This document shows, in pieces, positions 11,013-24,551 of a DNA stretch of 64,000 nt. The position numbers were made by a program, and so were the translations under genes. Below the pieces are notes generated by a model. That model did no database searches, was not told where the DNA came from, and saw only the letters and a program-made list of their open reading frames with translations. Each line of letters starts with the position of its first letter. The stretch's first letter is position 1. The DNA is from Eledone cirrhosa. Taxonomy: Eukaryota. The stretch covers positions 117,552,001-117,616,000 of the forward strand of contig OZ024743.1 in the NCBI GenBank assembly GCA_964016885.1, read 5' to 3'.

Positions 11013-11046
<34 letters not shown>

Positions 11047-11080
11047 TGAAAGGTTGGTGGTGCAAGTCCACTCAGGGACG
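11007..11080 (+). tRNA. trnN: tRNA-Asn(GTT) U9
   Basis: copy; T55G, C65T. Confidence 0.75.
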
Positions 11081-11418
11081 TAATAGTCTACTTTTGCTTT
11101 GGAAACATTACTAAAAAATCTGTATATTTAGGTTTACAGCTTGCATTTAGAATTATTTGTAACACTAATGCATGTTTCAATATATTAGCCTGATAAAGAT
11201 TAATTTTGCTTTACGTTACCTAAACCATTTCATCTCTACTGGATTGTATTTCACCAAAAATCTTCATATTTCTATCTTAAACGAACACTGATCATCATCT
11301 GATGGAACATATAAAGTGTATGTTATAAAAAAAATTCAAATGTTTTAACAATCTAAAGTAGATTATATTTATGTTTGTTTAAGTTCTTTCGTAAATATAC
11401 ATTCAGCACGCACCATTG

Positions 11419-11491
11419 ATCTGGCTAGCTCAGTCGGTAGAGCAGGAGACACTTAATCTCAGAGTCCAGAGTTCGTGTCCAACGTTGGGTG
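11419..11491 (+). pseudogene. trnK: tRNA-Lys(CTT) pseudogene U10
   Basis: copy. Confidence 0.85.
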
Positions 11492-11886
11492 AAAATGGTA
11501 TTGTTTCCATGATATGTTTTATAAAATTGACATTAATATTAATATTACGAAATAATTATATGGTACATTCATGTATCATGATCAATTGATATTCACCCTA
11601 AATATCTAATTGCAAAGCGAAATTTTCAGTGACTTTTCAAAGCATTCTTATATATTTATGAAATTATTTTCCTATAGGTATGATATGAATTTACTAATAT
11701 TAATTTTAGTATATAGAACATGCAACAGGAATAAGCAAGTTCAATTCAAATATTTATGTTTTACATATAAATTACTCGTTTCTAAATCATAAATGATTAT
11801 ATTTCTCGAAGTATTTGTTTAATATAAATATATTGTGGCGATACTGATGTAATTATGACGTCAAATAGAGAGTCACTAGCTGTACA

Positions 11887-11960
11887 GCCGAAATAGCTCA
11901 GTTGGGAGAGCGTTAGACTGAAGATCTAAAGGTCCCCCTGTTCAATCCCGGGTTTCGGCA
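11887..11960 (+). tRNA. trnF: tRNA-Phe(GAA) U10
   Basis: copy; +1 C. Confidence 0.8.
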
Positions 11961-12266
11961 TGCAGACTTATTATTTTCTCAAATATTTCTAATGATTTTG
12001 ATAGAGAACTATATATGATTTAAATAACAAATAATCGAATGGTTCCTTTGTCAGTCATCAAAAAGTCACTTTTATTTTAGTAGACACCAAATAATACCAA
12101 CTATCAGCAAAACGTCATACAGTTCGGGTGTGTTTTTGAACATTTAGTTCCGATTCAATAAAAGAGGAATATTAGACGACAATATCAGCTATTCAGTTTA
12201 TCAATTCAAATAATGTGTTGAACATTCTAAACGAAACCGTCTATATATGAATGTATAGTAAGAGCT

Positions 12267-12272
12267 GTCTCT

Positions 12273-12306
<34 letters not shown>

Positions 12307-12340
12307 TGAAAGGTTGGTGGTTCAAGTCCACCCAGGGACG
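12267..12340 (+). tRNA. trnN: tRNA-Asn(GTT) U10
   Basis: copy; intact. Confidence 0.92.
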
Positions 12341-12678
12341 TAATAGTCTACTTTTGCTTTAGAAACATTACCAAAAAATCTGTATATTTAGGTTTACAGC
12401 TTGCATTCAGAATTATTTGTAACACTTATACATGTTTCAATATATTAGCCTGATAAAGATTAATTTTGCTTTACGTTACCTAAACCATTTCATCTCTACT
12501 GGATTGTATTTCACCAAAAGTCTTCATATTTCTATCTTAAACGAACACTGATCATCATCTGATGGAACATATAAAGTGTATGTTATAAAAAAAATTCAAA
12601 AGTTTTAACAATCTAAAGTAGATTATATTTATGTTTGTTTAAGTCCTTTCATAAATATACATTCAGCACGCACCATTG

Positions 12679-12751
12679 ATCTGGCTAGCTCAGTCGGTAG
12701 AGCAGGAGACACTTAATCTCAGAGTCCAGGGTTCGTGTCCAACGTTGGGTG
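12679..12751 (+). pseudogene. trnK: tRNA-Lys(CTT) pseudogene U11
   Basis: copy. Confidence 0.85.
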
Positions 12752-13145
12752 AAAATGGTATTGTTTCCATGATATGTTTTATAAAATTGACATTAATATT
12801 AATATTACGAAATAATTATATGGTACATTCATGTATCATGATCAATTGATATTCACCCTAAATGTCTAATAGCAAAGCGAAATTATCAGTGAGTTTTCAA
12901 AGCATTCTTATATATTTATGAAATTATTTTGCTATAGGTATGATATGAATTTACTAATATTAATTTTAGTATATAGAACTTGCAACAGGAATAAGCAAGT
13001 TCAATTCAAATATTTATGTTTTACATAAAAATTACTCGTTTCTAAATCATAAATGATTATATTTCTCGAAGTATTTGTTTAATACAAATATATTGTGGCG
13101 ATACTGATGTAATTATGACGTCAAATAGAGAGTACCTAGCTGTAC

Positions 13146-13218
13146 GCCGAAATAGCTCAGTTGGGAGAGCGTTAGACTGAAGATCTAAAGGTCCCCTGTT
13201 CAATCCCGGGTTTCCGCA
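13146..13218 (+). tRNA. trnF: tRNA-Phe(GAA) U11
   Basis: copy; G70C. Confidence 0.75.
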
Positions 13219-13524
13219 TGCAGACTTATTATTTTCTCAAATATTTCTAATGATTTTGATAGAGAACTATATGTGATTTAAATAACAATTAATCGAATGG
13301 TTCATTTGTCAGTCATCAAAAAGTCACTTTTATTTTAGTAGACACCAAATAATACCAACTATCAGCAAAACGTCATATAGTTCAGGTGTGTTTTTGAACA
13401 TTTAGTTCCGATTCAATAAAAGAGGAATATTAGACGACAATATCAGCTATTCAGTTTATCAATTCAAATAATGCGTTGAACATTCTAAACGAAACCGTCT
13501 ATATTGGAATGTATAGTAAGAGCT

Positions 13525-13530
13525 GTCTCT

Positions 13531-13564
<34 letters not shown>

Positions 13565-13598
13565 TGAAAGGTTGGTGGTGCAAGTCCACTCAGGGACG
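13525..13598 (+). tRNA. trnN: tRNA-Asn(GTT) U11
   Basis: copy; T55G, C65T. Confidence 0.75.
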
Positions 13599-13936
13599 TA
13601 ATAGTCTACTTTTGCTTTGGAAACATTACTAAAAAATCTGTATATTTAGGTTTACAGCTTGCATTTAGAATTATTTGTAACACTAATGCATGTTTCAATA
13701 TATTAGCCTGATAAAGATTAATTTTGCTTTACGTTACCTAAACCATTTCATCTCTACTGGATTGTATTTCACCAAAAATCTTCATATTTCTATCTTAAAC
13801 GAACACTGATCATCATCTGATGGAACATATAAAGTGTATGTTATAAAAAAAATTCAAATGTTTTAACAATCTAAAGTAGATTATATTTATGTTTGTTTAA
13901 GTTCTTTCGTAAATATACATTCAGCACGCACCATTG

Positions 13937-14009
13937 ATCTGGCTAGCTCAGTCGGTAGAGCAGGAGACACTTAATCTCAGAGTCCAGAGTTCGTGTCCAA
14001 CGTTGGGTG
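13937..14009 (+). pseudogene. trnK: tRNA-Lys(CTT) pseudogene U12
   Basis: copy. Confidence 0.85.
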
Positions 14010-14404
14010 AAAATGGTATTGTTTCCATGATATGTTTTATAAAATTGACATTAATATTAATATTACGAAATAATTATATGGTACATTCATGTATCATGAT
14101 CAATTGATATTCACCCTAAATATCTAATTGCAAAGCGAAATTTTCAGTGACTTTTCAAAGCATTCTTATATATTTATGAAATTATTTTCCTATAGGTATG
14201 ATATGAATTTACTAATATTAATTTTAGTATATAGAACATGCAACAGGAATAAGCAAGTTCAATTCAAATATTTATGTTTTACATATAAATTACTCGTTTC
14301 TAAATCATAAATGATTATATTTCTCGAAGTATTTGTTTAATATAAATATATTGTGGCGATACTGATGTAATTATGACGTCAAATAGAGAGTCACTAGCTG
14401 TACA

Positions 14405-14478
14405 GCCGAAATAGCTCAGTTGGGAGAGCGTTAGACTGAAGATCTAAAGGTCCCCCTGTTCAATCCCGGATTTCGGCA
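14405..14478 (+). tRNA. trnF: tRNA-Phe(GAA) U12
   Basis: copy; +1 C, G65A. Confidence 0.7.
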
Positions 14479-14784
14479 TGCAGACTTATTATTTTCTCAA
14501 ATATTTCTAATGATTTTGATAGAGAACTATATATGATTTAAATAACAAATAATCGAATGGTTCCTTTGTCAGTCATCAAAAAGTCACTTTTATTTTAGTA
14601 GACACCAAATAATACCAACTATCAGCAAAACGTCATACAGTTCGGGTGTGTTTTTGAACATTTAGTTCCGATTCAATAAAAGAGGAATATTAGACGACAA
14701 TATCAGCTATTCAGTTTATCAATTCAAATAATGTGTTGAACATTCTAAACGAAACCGTCTATATATGAATGTATAGTAAGAGCT

Positions 14785-14790
14785 GTCTCT

Positions 14791-14824
<34 letters not shown>

Positions 14825-14858
14825 TGAAAGGTTGGTGGTTCAAGTCCACCCAGGGACG
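14785..14858 (+). tRNA. trnN: tRNA-Asn(GTT) U12
   Basis: copy; intact. Confidence 0.92.
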
Positions 14859-15196
14859 TAATAGTCTACTTTTGCTTTAGAAACATTACCAAAAAATCTG
14901 TATATTTAGGTTTACAGCTTGCATTCAGAATTATTTGTAACACTTATACATGTTTCAATATATTAGCCTGATAAAGATTAATTTTGCTTTACGTTACCTA
15001 AACCATTTCATCTCTACTGGATTGTATTTCACCAAAAGTCTTCATATTTCTATCTTAAACGAACACTGATCATCATCTGATGGAACATATAAAGTGTATG
15101 TTATAAAAAAAATTCAAAAGTTTTAACAATCTAAAGTAGATTATATTTATGTTTGTTTAAGTCCTTTCATAAATATACATTCAGCACGCACCATTG

Positions 15197-15269
15197 ATCT
15201 GGCTAGCTCAGTCGGTAGAGCAGGAGACACTTAATCTCAGAGTCCAGGGTTCGTGTCCAACGTTGGGTG
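15197..15269 (+). pseudogene. trnK: tRNA-Lys(CTT) pseudogene U13
   Basis: copy. Confidence 0.85.
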
Positions 15270-15663
15270 AAAATGGTATTGTTTCCATGATATGTTTTAT
15301 AAAATTGACATTAATATTAATATTACGAAATAATTATATGGTACATTCATGTATCATGATCAATTGATATTCACCCTAAATGTCTAATAGCAAAGCGAAA
15401 TTATCAGTGAGTTTTCAAAGCATTCTTATATATTTATGAAATTATTTTGCTATAGGTATGATATGAATTTACTAATATTAATTTTAGTATATAGAACTTG
15501 CAACAGGAATAAGCAAGTTCAATTCAAATATTTATGTTTTACATAAAAATTACTCGTTTCTAAATCATAAATGATTATATTTCTCGAAGTATTTGTTTAA
15601 TACAAATATATTGTGGCGATACTGATGTAATTATGACGTCAAATAGAGAGTACCTAGCTGTAC

Positions 15664-15736
15664 GCCGAAATAGCTCAGTTGGGAGAGCGTTAGACTGAAG
15701 ATCTAAAGGTCCCCTGTTCAATCCCGGGTTTCCGCA
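15664..15736 (+). tRNA. trnF: tRNA-Phe(GAA) U13
   Basis: copy; G70C. Confidence 0.75.
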
Positions 15737-16042
15737 TGCAGACTTATTATTTTCTCAAATATTTCTAATGATTTTGATAGAGAACTATATGTGATTTAAA
15801 TAACAATTAATCGAATGGTTCATTTGTCAGTCATCAAAAAGTCACTTTTATTTTAGTAGACACCAAATAATACCAACTATCAGCAAAACGTCATATAGTT
15901 CAGGTGTGTTTTTGAACATTTAGTTCCGATTCAATAAAAGAGGAATATTAGACGACAATATCAGCTATTCAGTTTATCAATTCAAATAATGCGTTGAACA
16001 TTCTAAACGAAACCGTCTATATTGGAATGTATAGTAAGAGCT

Positions 16043-16048
16043 GTCTCT

Positions 16049-16082
<34 letters not shown>

Positions 16083-16116
16083 TGAAAGGTTGGTGGTGCA
16101 AGTCCACCCAGGGACG
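16043..16116 (+). tRNA. trnN: tRNA-Asn(GTT) U13
   Basis: copy; T55G. Confidence 0.8.
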
Positions 16117-16454
16117 TAATAGTCTACTTTTGCTTTGGAAACATTACTAAAAAATCTGTATATTTAGGTTTACAGCTTGCATTTAGAATTATTTGTAACA
16201 CTAATGCATGTTTCAATATATTAGCCTGATAAAGATTAATTTTGCTTTACGTTACCTAAACCATTTCATCTCTACTGGATTGTATTTCACCAAAAATCTT
16301 CATATTTCTATCTTAAACGAACACTGATCATCATCTGATGGAACATATAAAGTGTATGTTATAAAAAAAATTCAAATGTTTTAACAATCTAAAGTAGATT
16401 ATATTTATGTTTGTTTAAGTTCTTTCGTAAATATACATTCAGCACGCACAATTG

Positions 16455-16527
16455 ATCTGGCTAGCTCAGTCGGTAGAGCAGGAGACACTTAATCTCAGAG
16501 TCCAGAGTTCGTGTCCAACGTTGGGTG
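16455..16527 (+). pseudogene. trnK: tRNA-Lys(CTT) pseudogene U14
   Basis: copy. Confidence 0.85.
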
Positions 16528-16921
16528 AAAATGGTATTGTTTCCATGATATGTTTTATAAAATTGACATTAATATTAATATTACGAAATAATTATATGGT
16601 ACATTCATGTATCATGATCAATTGATATTCACCCTAAATGTCTAATAGCAAAGCGAAATTTTCAGTGAGTTTTCAAAGCATTCTTATATATTTATGAAAT
16701 TATTTTGCTATAGGTATGATATGAATTTACTAATATTAATTTTAGTATATAGAACATGCAACAGGAATAAGCAAGTTCAATTCAAATATTTATGTTTTAC
16801 ATAAAAATTACTCGTTTCTAAATCATAAATGATTATATTTCTCGAAGTATTTGTTTAATACAAATATATTGTGGCGATACTGATGTAATTATGACGTCAA
16901 ATAGAGAGTACCTAGCTGTAC

Positions 16922-16994
16922 GCCGAAATAGCTCAGTTGGGAGAGCGTTAGACTGAAGATCTAAAGGTCCCCTGTTCAATCCCGGGTTTCCGCA
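16922..16994 (+). tRNA. trnF: tRNA-Phe(GAA) U14
   Basis: copy; G70C. Confidence 0.75.
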
Positions 16995-17300
16995 TGCAGA
17001 CTTATTATTTTCTCAAATATTTCTAATGATTTTGATAGAGAACTATATGTGATTTAAATAACAATTAATCGAATGGTTCATTTGTCAGTCATCAAAAAGT
17101 CACTTTTATTTTAGTAGACACCAAATAATACCAACTATCAGCAAAACGTCATATAGTTCAGGTGTGTTTTTGAACATTTAGTTCCGATTCAATAAAAGAG
17201 GAATATTAGACGACAATATCAGCTATTCAGTTTATCAATTCAAATAATGCGTTGAACATTCTAAACGAAACCGTCTATATTGGAATGTATAGTAAGAGCT

Positions 17301-17306
17301 GTCTCT

Positions 17307-17340
<34 letters not shown>

Positions 17341-17374
17341 TGAAAGGTTGGTGGTGCAAGTCCACCCAGGGACG
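17301..17374 (+). tRNA. trnN: tRNA-Asn(GTT) U14
   Basis: copy; T55G. Confidence 0.8.
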
Positions 17375-17712
17375 TAATAGTCTACTTTTGCTTTGGAAAC
17401 ATTACTAAAAAATCTGTATATTTAGGTTTACAGCTTGCATTTAGAATTATTTGTAACACTAATGCATGTTTCAATATATTAGCCTGATAAAGATTAATTT
17501 TGCTTTACGTTACCTAAACCATTTCATCTCTACTGGATTGTATTTCACCAAAAATCTTCATATTTCTATCTTAAACGAACACTGATCATCATCTGATGGA
17601 ACATATAAAGTGTATGTTATAAAAAAAATTCAAATGTTTTAACAATCTAAAGTAGATTATATTTATGTTTGTTTAAGTTCTTTCGTAAATATACATTCAG
17701 CACGCACAATTG

Positions 17713-17785
17713 ATCTGGCTAGCTCAGTCGGTAGAGCAGGAGACACTTAATCTCAGAGTCCAGAGTTCGTGTCCAACGTTGGGTG
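17713..17785 (+). pseudogene. trnK: tRNA-Lys(CTT) pseudogene U15
   Basis: copy. Confidence 0.85.
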
Positions 17786-18180
17786 AAAATGGTATTGTTT
17801 CCATGATATGTTTTATAAAATTGACATTAATATTAATATTACGAAATAATTATATGGTACATTCATGTATCATGATCAATTGATATTCACCCTAAATATC
17901 TAATGGCAAAGCGAAATTTTCAGTGACTTTTCAAAGCATTCTTATATATTTATGAAATTATTTTCCTATAGGTATGATATGAATTTACTAATATTAATTT
18001 TAGTATATAGAACATGCAACAGGAATAAGCAAGTTCAATTCAAATATTTATGTTTTACATATAAATTACTCGTTTCTAAATCATAAATGATTATATTTCT
18101 CGAAGTATTTGTTTAATATAAATATATTGTGGCGATACTGATGTAATTATGACGTCAAATAGAGAGTCACTAGCTGTACA

Positions 18181-18254
18181 GCCGAAATAGCTCAGTTGGG
18201 AGAGCGTTAGACTGAAGATCTAAAGGTCCCCCTGTTCAATCCCGGGTTTCGGCA
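18181..18254 (+). tRNA. trnF: tRNA-Phe(GAA) U15
   Basis: copy; +1 C. Confidence 0.8.
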
Positions 18255-18560
18255 TGCAGACTTATTATTTTCTCAAATATTTCTAATGATTTTGATAGAG
18301 AACTATATATGATTTAAATAACAAATAATCGAATGGTTCCTTTGTCAGTCATCAAAAAGTCACTTTTATTTTAGTAGACACCAAATAATACCAACTATCA
18401 GCAAAACGTCATACAGTTCGGGTGTGTTTTTGAACATTTAGTTCCGATTCAATAAAAGAGGAATATTAGACGACAATATCAGCTATTCAGTTTATCAATT
18501 CAAATAATGTGTTGAACATTCTAAACGAAACCGTCTATATATGAACGTATAGTAAGAGCT

Positions 18561-18566
18561 GTCTCT

Positions 18567-18600
<34 letters not shown>

Positions 18601-18634
18601 TGAAAGGTTGGTGGTTCAAGTCCACCCAGGGACG
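18561..18634 (+). tRNA. trnN: tRNA-Asn(GTT) U15
   Basis: copy; intact. Confidence 0.92.
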
Positions 18635-18972
18635 TAATAGTCTACTTTTGCTTTAGAAACATTACCAAAAAATCTGTATATTTAGGTTTACAGCTTGCAT
18701 TCAGAATTATTTGTAACACTTATACATGTTTCAATATATTAGCCTGATAAAGATTAATTTTGCTTTACGTTACCTAAACCATTTCATCTCTACTGGATTG
18801 TATTTCACCAAAAGTCTTCATATTTCTATCTTAAACGAACACTGATCATCATCTGATGGAACATATAAAGTGTATGTTATAAAAAAAATTCAAAAGTTTT
18901 AACAATCTAAAGTAGATTATATTTATGTTTGTTTAAGTCCTTTCATAAATATACATTCAGCACGCACCATTG

Positions 18973-19045
18973 ATCTGGCTAGCTCAGTCGGTAGAGCAGG
19001 AGACACTTAATCTCAGAGTCCAGGGTTCGTGTCCAACGTTGGGTG
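18973..19045 (+). pseudogene. trnK: tRNA-Lys(CTT) pseudogene U16
   Basis: copy. Confidence 0.85.
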
Positions 19046-19439
19046 AAAATGGTATTGTTTCCATGATATGTTTTATAAAATTGACATTAATATTAATATT
19101 ACGAAATAATTATATGGTACATTCATGTATCATGATCAATTGATATTCACCCTAAATGTCTAATAGCAAAGCGAAATTATCAGTGAGTTTTCAAAGCATT
19201 CTTATATATTTATGAAATTATTTTGCTATAGGTATGATATGAATTTACTAATATTAATTTTAGTATATAGAACTTGCAACAGGAATAAGCAAGTTCAATT
19301 CAAATATTTATGTTTTACATAAAAATTACTCGTTTCTAAATCATAAATGATTATATTTCTCGAAGTATTTGTTTAATACAAATATATTGTGGCGATACTG
19401 ATGTAATTATGACGTCAAATAGAGAGTACCTAGCTGTAC

Positions 19440-19512
19440 GCCGAAATAGCTCAGTTGGGAGAGCGTTAGACTGAAGATCTAAAGGTCCCCTGTTCAATCC
19501 CGTGTTTCGGCA
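19440..19512 (+). tRNA. trnF: tRNA-Phe(GAA) U16
   Basis: copy; G64T. Confidence 0.75.
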
Positions 19513-19818
19513 TGCAGACTTATTATTTTCTCAAATATTTCTAATGATTTTGATAGAGAACTATATATGATTTAAATAACAATTAATCGAATGGTTCATT
19601 TGTCAGTCATCAAAAAGTCACTTTTATTTTAGTAGACACCAAATAATACCAACTATCAGCAAAACGTCATATAGTTCAGGTGTGTTTTTGAACATTTAGT
19701 TCCGATTCAATAAAAGAGGAATATTAGACGACAATATCAGCTATTCAGTTTATCAATTCAAATAATGCGTTGAACATTCTAAACGAAACCGTCTATATTG
19801 GAATGTATAGTAAGAGCT

Positions 19819-19824
19819 GTCTCT

Positions 19825-19858
<34 letters not shown>

Positions 19859-19892
19859 TGAAAGGTTGGTGGTGCAAGTCCACCCAGGGACG
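19819..19892 (+). tRNA. trnN: tRNA-Asn(GTT) U16
   Basis: copy; T55G. Confidence 0.8.
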
Positions 19893-20230
19893 TAATAGTC
19901 TACTTTTGCTTTGGAAACATTACTAAAAAATCTGTATATTTAGGTTTACAGCTTGCATTTAGAATTATTTGTAACACTAATACATGTTTCAATATATTAG
20001 CCTGATAAAGATTAATTTTGCTTTACGTTACCTAAACCATTTCATCTCTACTGGATTGTATTTCACCAAAAATCTTCATAGTTCTATCTTAAACGAACAC
20101 TGATCATCATCTGATGGAACATATAAAGTGTATGTTATAAAAAAAATTCAAATGTTTTAACAATCTAAAGTAGATTATATTTATGTTTGTTTAAGTTCTT
20201 TCGTAAATATACATTCAGCACGCACCATTG

Positions 20231-20303
20231 ATCTGGCTAGCTCAGTCGGTAGAGCAGGAGACACTTAATCTCAGAGTCCAGAGTTCGTGTCCAACGTTGG
20301 GTG
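20231..20303 (+). pseudogene. trnK: tRNA-Lys(CTT) pseudogene U17
   Basis: copy. Confidence 0.85.
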
Positions 20304-20698
20304 AAAATGGTATTGTTTCCATGATATGTTTTATAAAATTGACATTAATATTAATATTACGAAATAATTATATGGTACATTCATGTATCATGATCAATTG
20401 ATATTCACCCTAAATATCTAATTGCAAAGCGAAATTTTCAGTGAGTTTTCAAAGCATTCTTATATATTTATGAAATTATTTTGCTATAGGTATGATATGA
20501 ATTTACTAATATTAATTTTAGTATATAGAACATGCAACAGGAATAAGCAAGTTCAATTCAAATATTTATGTTTTACATATAAATTACTCGTTTCTAAATC
20601 ATAAATGATTATATTTCTCGAAGTATTTGTTTAATATAAATATATTGTGGCGATGCTGATGTAATTATGACGTCAAATAGAGAGTCACTAGCTGTACA

Positions 20699-20771
20699 GC
20701 CGAAATAGCTCAGTTGGGAGAGCGTTAGACTGAAGATCTAAAGGTCCCCTGTTCAATCCCGGGTTTCGGCA
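20699..20771 (+). tRNA. trnF: tRNA-Phe(GAA) U17
   Basis: copy. Confidence 0.9.
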
Positions 20772-21077
20772 TGCAGACTTATTATTTTCTCAAATATTTC
20801 TAATGATTTTGATAGAGAACTATATATGATTTAAATAACAATTAATCGAATGGTTCCTTTGTCAGTCATCAAAAAGTCACTTTTATTTTAGTAGACACCA
20901 AATAATACCAACTATCAGCAAAACATCATATAGTTCAGGTGTGTTTTTGAACATTTAGTTCCGATTCAATAAAAGAGGAATATTAGACGACAATATCAGC
21001 TATTCAGTTTATCAATTCAAATAATGTGTTGAACATCCTAAACGAAACCGTCTATATTGGAATGTATAGTAAGAGCT

Positions 21078-21083
21078 GTCTCT

Positions 21084-21117
<34 letters not shown>

Positions 21118-21151
21118 TGAAAGGTTGGTGGTGCAAGTCCACCCAGGGACG
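21078..21151 (+). tRNA. trnN: tRNA-Asn(GTT) U17
   Basis: copy; T55G. Confidence 0.8.
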
Positions 21152-21489
21152 TAATAGTCTACTTTTGCTTTAGAAACATTACTAAAATATCTGTATATTT
21201 AGGTTTACAGCTTGCATTTAGAATTATTTGTAACACTAATACATGTTTCAATATATTAGCCTGATAAAGATTAATTTTGCTTTACGTTACCTAAACCATT
21301 TCATCTCTACTGGATTGTATTTCACCAAAAATCTTCATATTTCTATCTTAAACGAACACTGATCATCATCTGATGGAACATATAAAGTGTATGTTATAAA
21401 AAAAATTCAAATGTTTTAACAATCTAAAGTAGATTATATTTATGTTTGTTTAAGTTCTTTCGTAAATATACATTCAGCACGCACCATTG

Positions 21490-21562
21490 ATCTGGCTAGC
21501 TCAGTCGGTAGAGCAGGAGACACTTAATCTCAGAGTCCAGAGTTCGTGTCCAACGTTGGGTG
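21490..21562 (+). pseudogene. trnK: tRNA-Lys(CTT) pseudogene U18
   Basis: copy. Confidence 0.85.
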
Positions 21563-21957
21563 AAAATGGTATTGTTTCCATGATATGTTTTATAAAATTG
21601 ACATTAATATTAATATTACGAAATAATTATATGGTACATTCATGTATCATGATCAATTGATATTCACCCTAAATATCTAATTGCAAAGCGAAATTTTCAG
21701 TGAGTTTTCAAAGCATTCTTATATATTTATGAAATTATTTTGCTATAGGTATGATATGAATTTACTAATATTAATTTTAGTATATAGAACATGCAACAGG
21801 AATAAGCAAGTTCAATTCAAATATTTATGTTTTACATATAAATTACTCGTTTCTAAATCATAAATGATTATATTTCTCGAAGTATTTGTTTAATATAAAT
21901 ATATTGTGGCGATGCTGATGTAATTATGACGTCAAATAGAGAGTCACTAGCTGTACA

Positions 21958-22030
21958 GCCGAAATAGCTCAGTTGGGAGAGCGTTAGACTGAAGATCTAA
22001 AGGTCCCCTGTTCAATCCCGGGTTTCGGCA
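21958..22030 (+). tRNA. trnF: tRNA-Phe(GAA) U18
   Basis: copy. Confidence 0.9.
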
Positions 22031-22336
22031 TGCAGACTTATTATTTTCTCAAATATTTCTAATGATTTTGATAGAGAACTATATATGATTTAAATAACAA
22101 TTAATCGAATGGTTCCTTTGTCAGTCATCAAAAAGTCACTTTTATTTTAGTAGACACCAAATAATACCAACTATCAGCAAAACATCATATAGTTCAGGTG
22201 TGTTTTTGAACATTTAGTTCCGATTCAATAAAAGAGGAATATTAGACGACAATATCAGCTATTCAGTTTATCAATTCAAATAATGTGTTGAACATCCTAA
22301 ACGAAACCGTCTATATTGGAATGTATAGTAAGAGCT

Positions 22337-22342
22337 GTCTCT

Positions 22343-22376
<34 letters not shown>

Positions 22377-22410
22377 TGAAAGGTTGGTGGTGCAAGTCCA
22401 CCCAGGGACG
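22337..22410 (+). tRNA. trnN: tRNA-Asn(GTT) U18
   Basis: copy; T55G. Confidence 0.8.
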
Positions 22411-22748
22411 TAATAGTCTACTTTTGCTTTAGAAACATTACTAAAATATCTGTATATTTAGGTTTACAGCTTGCATTTAGAATTATTTGTAACACTAATA
22501 CATGTTTCAATATATTAGCCTGATAAAGATTAATTTTGCTTTACGTTACCTAAACCATATCATCTCTACTGGATTGTATTTCACCAAAAATCTTCATATT
22601 TCTATCTTAAACGAACACTGATCATCATCTGATGGAACATATAAAGTGTATGTTATAAAAAAAATTCAAATGTTTTAACAATCTAAAGTAGATTATATTT
22701 ATGTTTGTTTAAGTTCTTTCGTAAATATACATTCAGCACGCACCATTG

Positions 22749-22821
22749 ATCTGGCTAGCTCAGTCGGTAGAGCAGGAGACACTTAATCTCAGAGTCCAGA
22801 GTTCGTGTCCAACGTTGGGTG
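22749..22821 (+). pseudogene. trnK: tRNA-Lys(CTT) pseudogene U19
   Basis: copy. Confidence 0.85.
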
Positions 22822-23220
22822 AAAATGGTATTGTTTCCATGATATGTTTTATAAAATTGACATTAATATTAATATTACGAAATAATTATATGGTACATTC
22901 ATGTATCATGATCAATTGATATTCACCCTAAATATCTAATTGCAAAGCGAAATTTTCAGTGAGTTTTCAAAGCATTCTTATATATTTATGAAATTATTTT
23001 GCTATAGGTATGATATGAATTTACTAATATTAATTTTAGTATATAGAACTTGCAACAGGAATAAGCAAGTTCAATTCAAATATTTATGTTTTATATAAAT
23101 AAAAATTACTCGTTTCTAAATCATAAATGATTATATTTCTCGAAGTATTTGTTTAATATAAATATATTGTGGCGATACTGATGTAATTATGACGTCAAAT
23201 AGAGAGTCACTAGCTGTACA

Positions 23221-23293
23221 GCCGAAATTGCTCAGTTGGGAGAGCGTTAGACTGAAGATCTAATGGTCCCCTGTTCAATCCCGGGTTTCGGCA
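23221..23293 (+). tRNA. trnF: tRNA-Phe(GAA) U19
   Basis: copy; A9T, A44T. Confidence 0.78.
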
Positions 23294-23599
23294 TGCAGAC
23301 TTATTATTTTCTCAAATATTTCTAATGATTTTGATAGAGAACTATATATGATTTAAATAACAATTAATCGAATGGTTCCTTTGTCAGTCATCAAAAAGTC
23401 ACTTTTATTTTAGTAGACACCAAATAATACCAACTATCAGCAAAACGTCATATAGTTGAGGTGTGTTTTTGAACATTTAGTTCCGATTCAATAAAAGAGG
23501 AATATTAGACGACAATATCAGCTATTCAGTTTATCAATTCAAATAATGTGTTGAACATTCTAAACGAAACCGTCTATATATGAATGTATAGTAAGAGCT

Positions 23600-23605
23600 G
23601 TCTCT

Positions 23606-23639
<34 letters not shown>

Positions 23640-23673
23640 TGAAAGGTTGGTGGTGCAAGTCCACCCAGGGACG
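23600..23673 (+). tRNA. trnN: tRNA-Asn(GTT) U19
   Basis: copy; T55G. Confidence 0.8.
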
Positions 23674-24011
23674 TAATAGTCTACTTTTGCTTTAGAAACA
23701 TTACTAAAAAATCTGTATATTTAGGTTTACAGCTTGCATTTAGAATTATTTGTAACACTAATACATGTTTCAATATATTACCCTGATAAAGATTAATTTT
23801 GCTTTACGTTACCTAAACCATTTCATCTCTACTGGATTGTATTTCACCAAAAATCTTCATATTTCTATCTTAAACAAACACTGATCATCATCTGATGGAA
23901 CATATAAAGTGTATGTTATAAAAAAAATTCAAATGTTTTAACAATCTAAAGTAGATTATATTTATGTTTGTTTAAGTTCTTTCGTAAATATACATTCAGC
24001 ACGCACCATTG

Positions 24012-24083
24012 ATCCGGCTAGCTCAGTCGGTAGAGCAGAAGACACTTAATCTCAGAGTCCAGGTTCGTGTCCAACGTTGGGTG
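24012..24083 (+). pseudogene. trnK: tRNA-Lys(CTT) pseudogene U20
   Basis: copy; G28A, 1-nt T-stem deletion. Confidence 0.85.
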
Positions 24084-24478
24084 AAAATGGTATTGTTTCC
24101 ATGATATGTTTTATAAAATTGACATTAATATTAATATTACGAAATAATTATATGGTACATTCATGTATCATGATCAATTGATATTCACCCTAAATATTTA
24201 ATAGCAAAGCGAAATTTTCAGTGAGTTTTCAAAACATTCTTATATATTTATGAAATTATTTTGCTATAGGTATGATATGAAGTTACTAATATTAATTTTA
24301 GTATATAGAACTTACAACAGGAATAAGCAAGTTCAATTCAAATATTTATGTTTTACATAAAAATTACTCGTTTCTAAATCATAAATGATTATATTTCTCG
24401 AAGTATTTGTTTAATATAAATATATTGTGGCGATACTGATGTAATTATGACGTCAATTAGAGAGTCACTAGCTGTACA

Positions 24479-24551
24479 GCCGAAATAGCTCAGTTGGGAG
24501 AGCGTTAGACTGAAGATCTAAAGGTCCCCTGTTCAATCCCGGGTTTCGGCA
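24479..24551 (+). tRNA. trnF: tRNA-Phe(GAA) U20
   Basis: copy. Confidence 0.9.
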
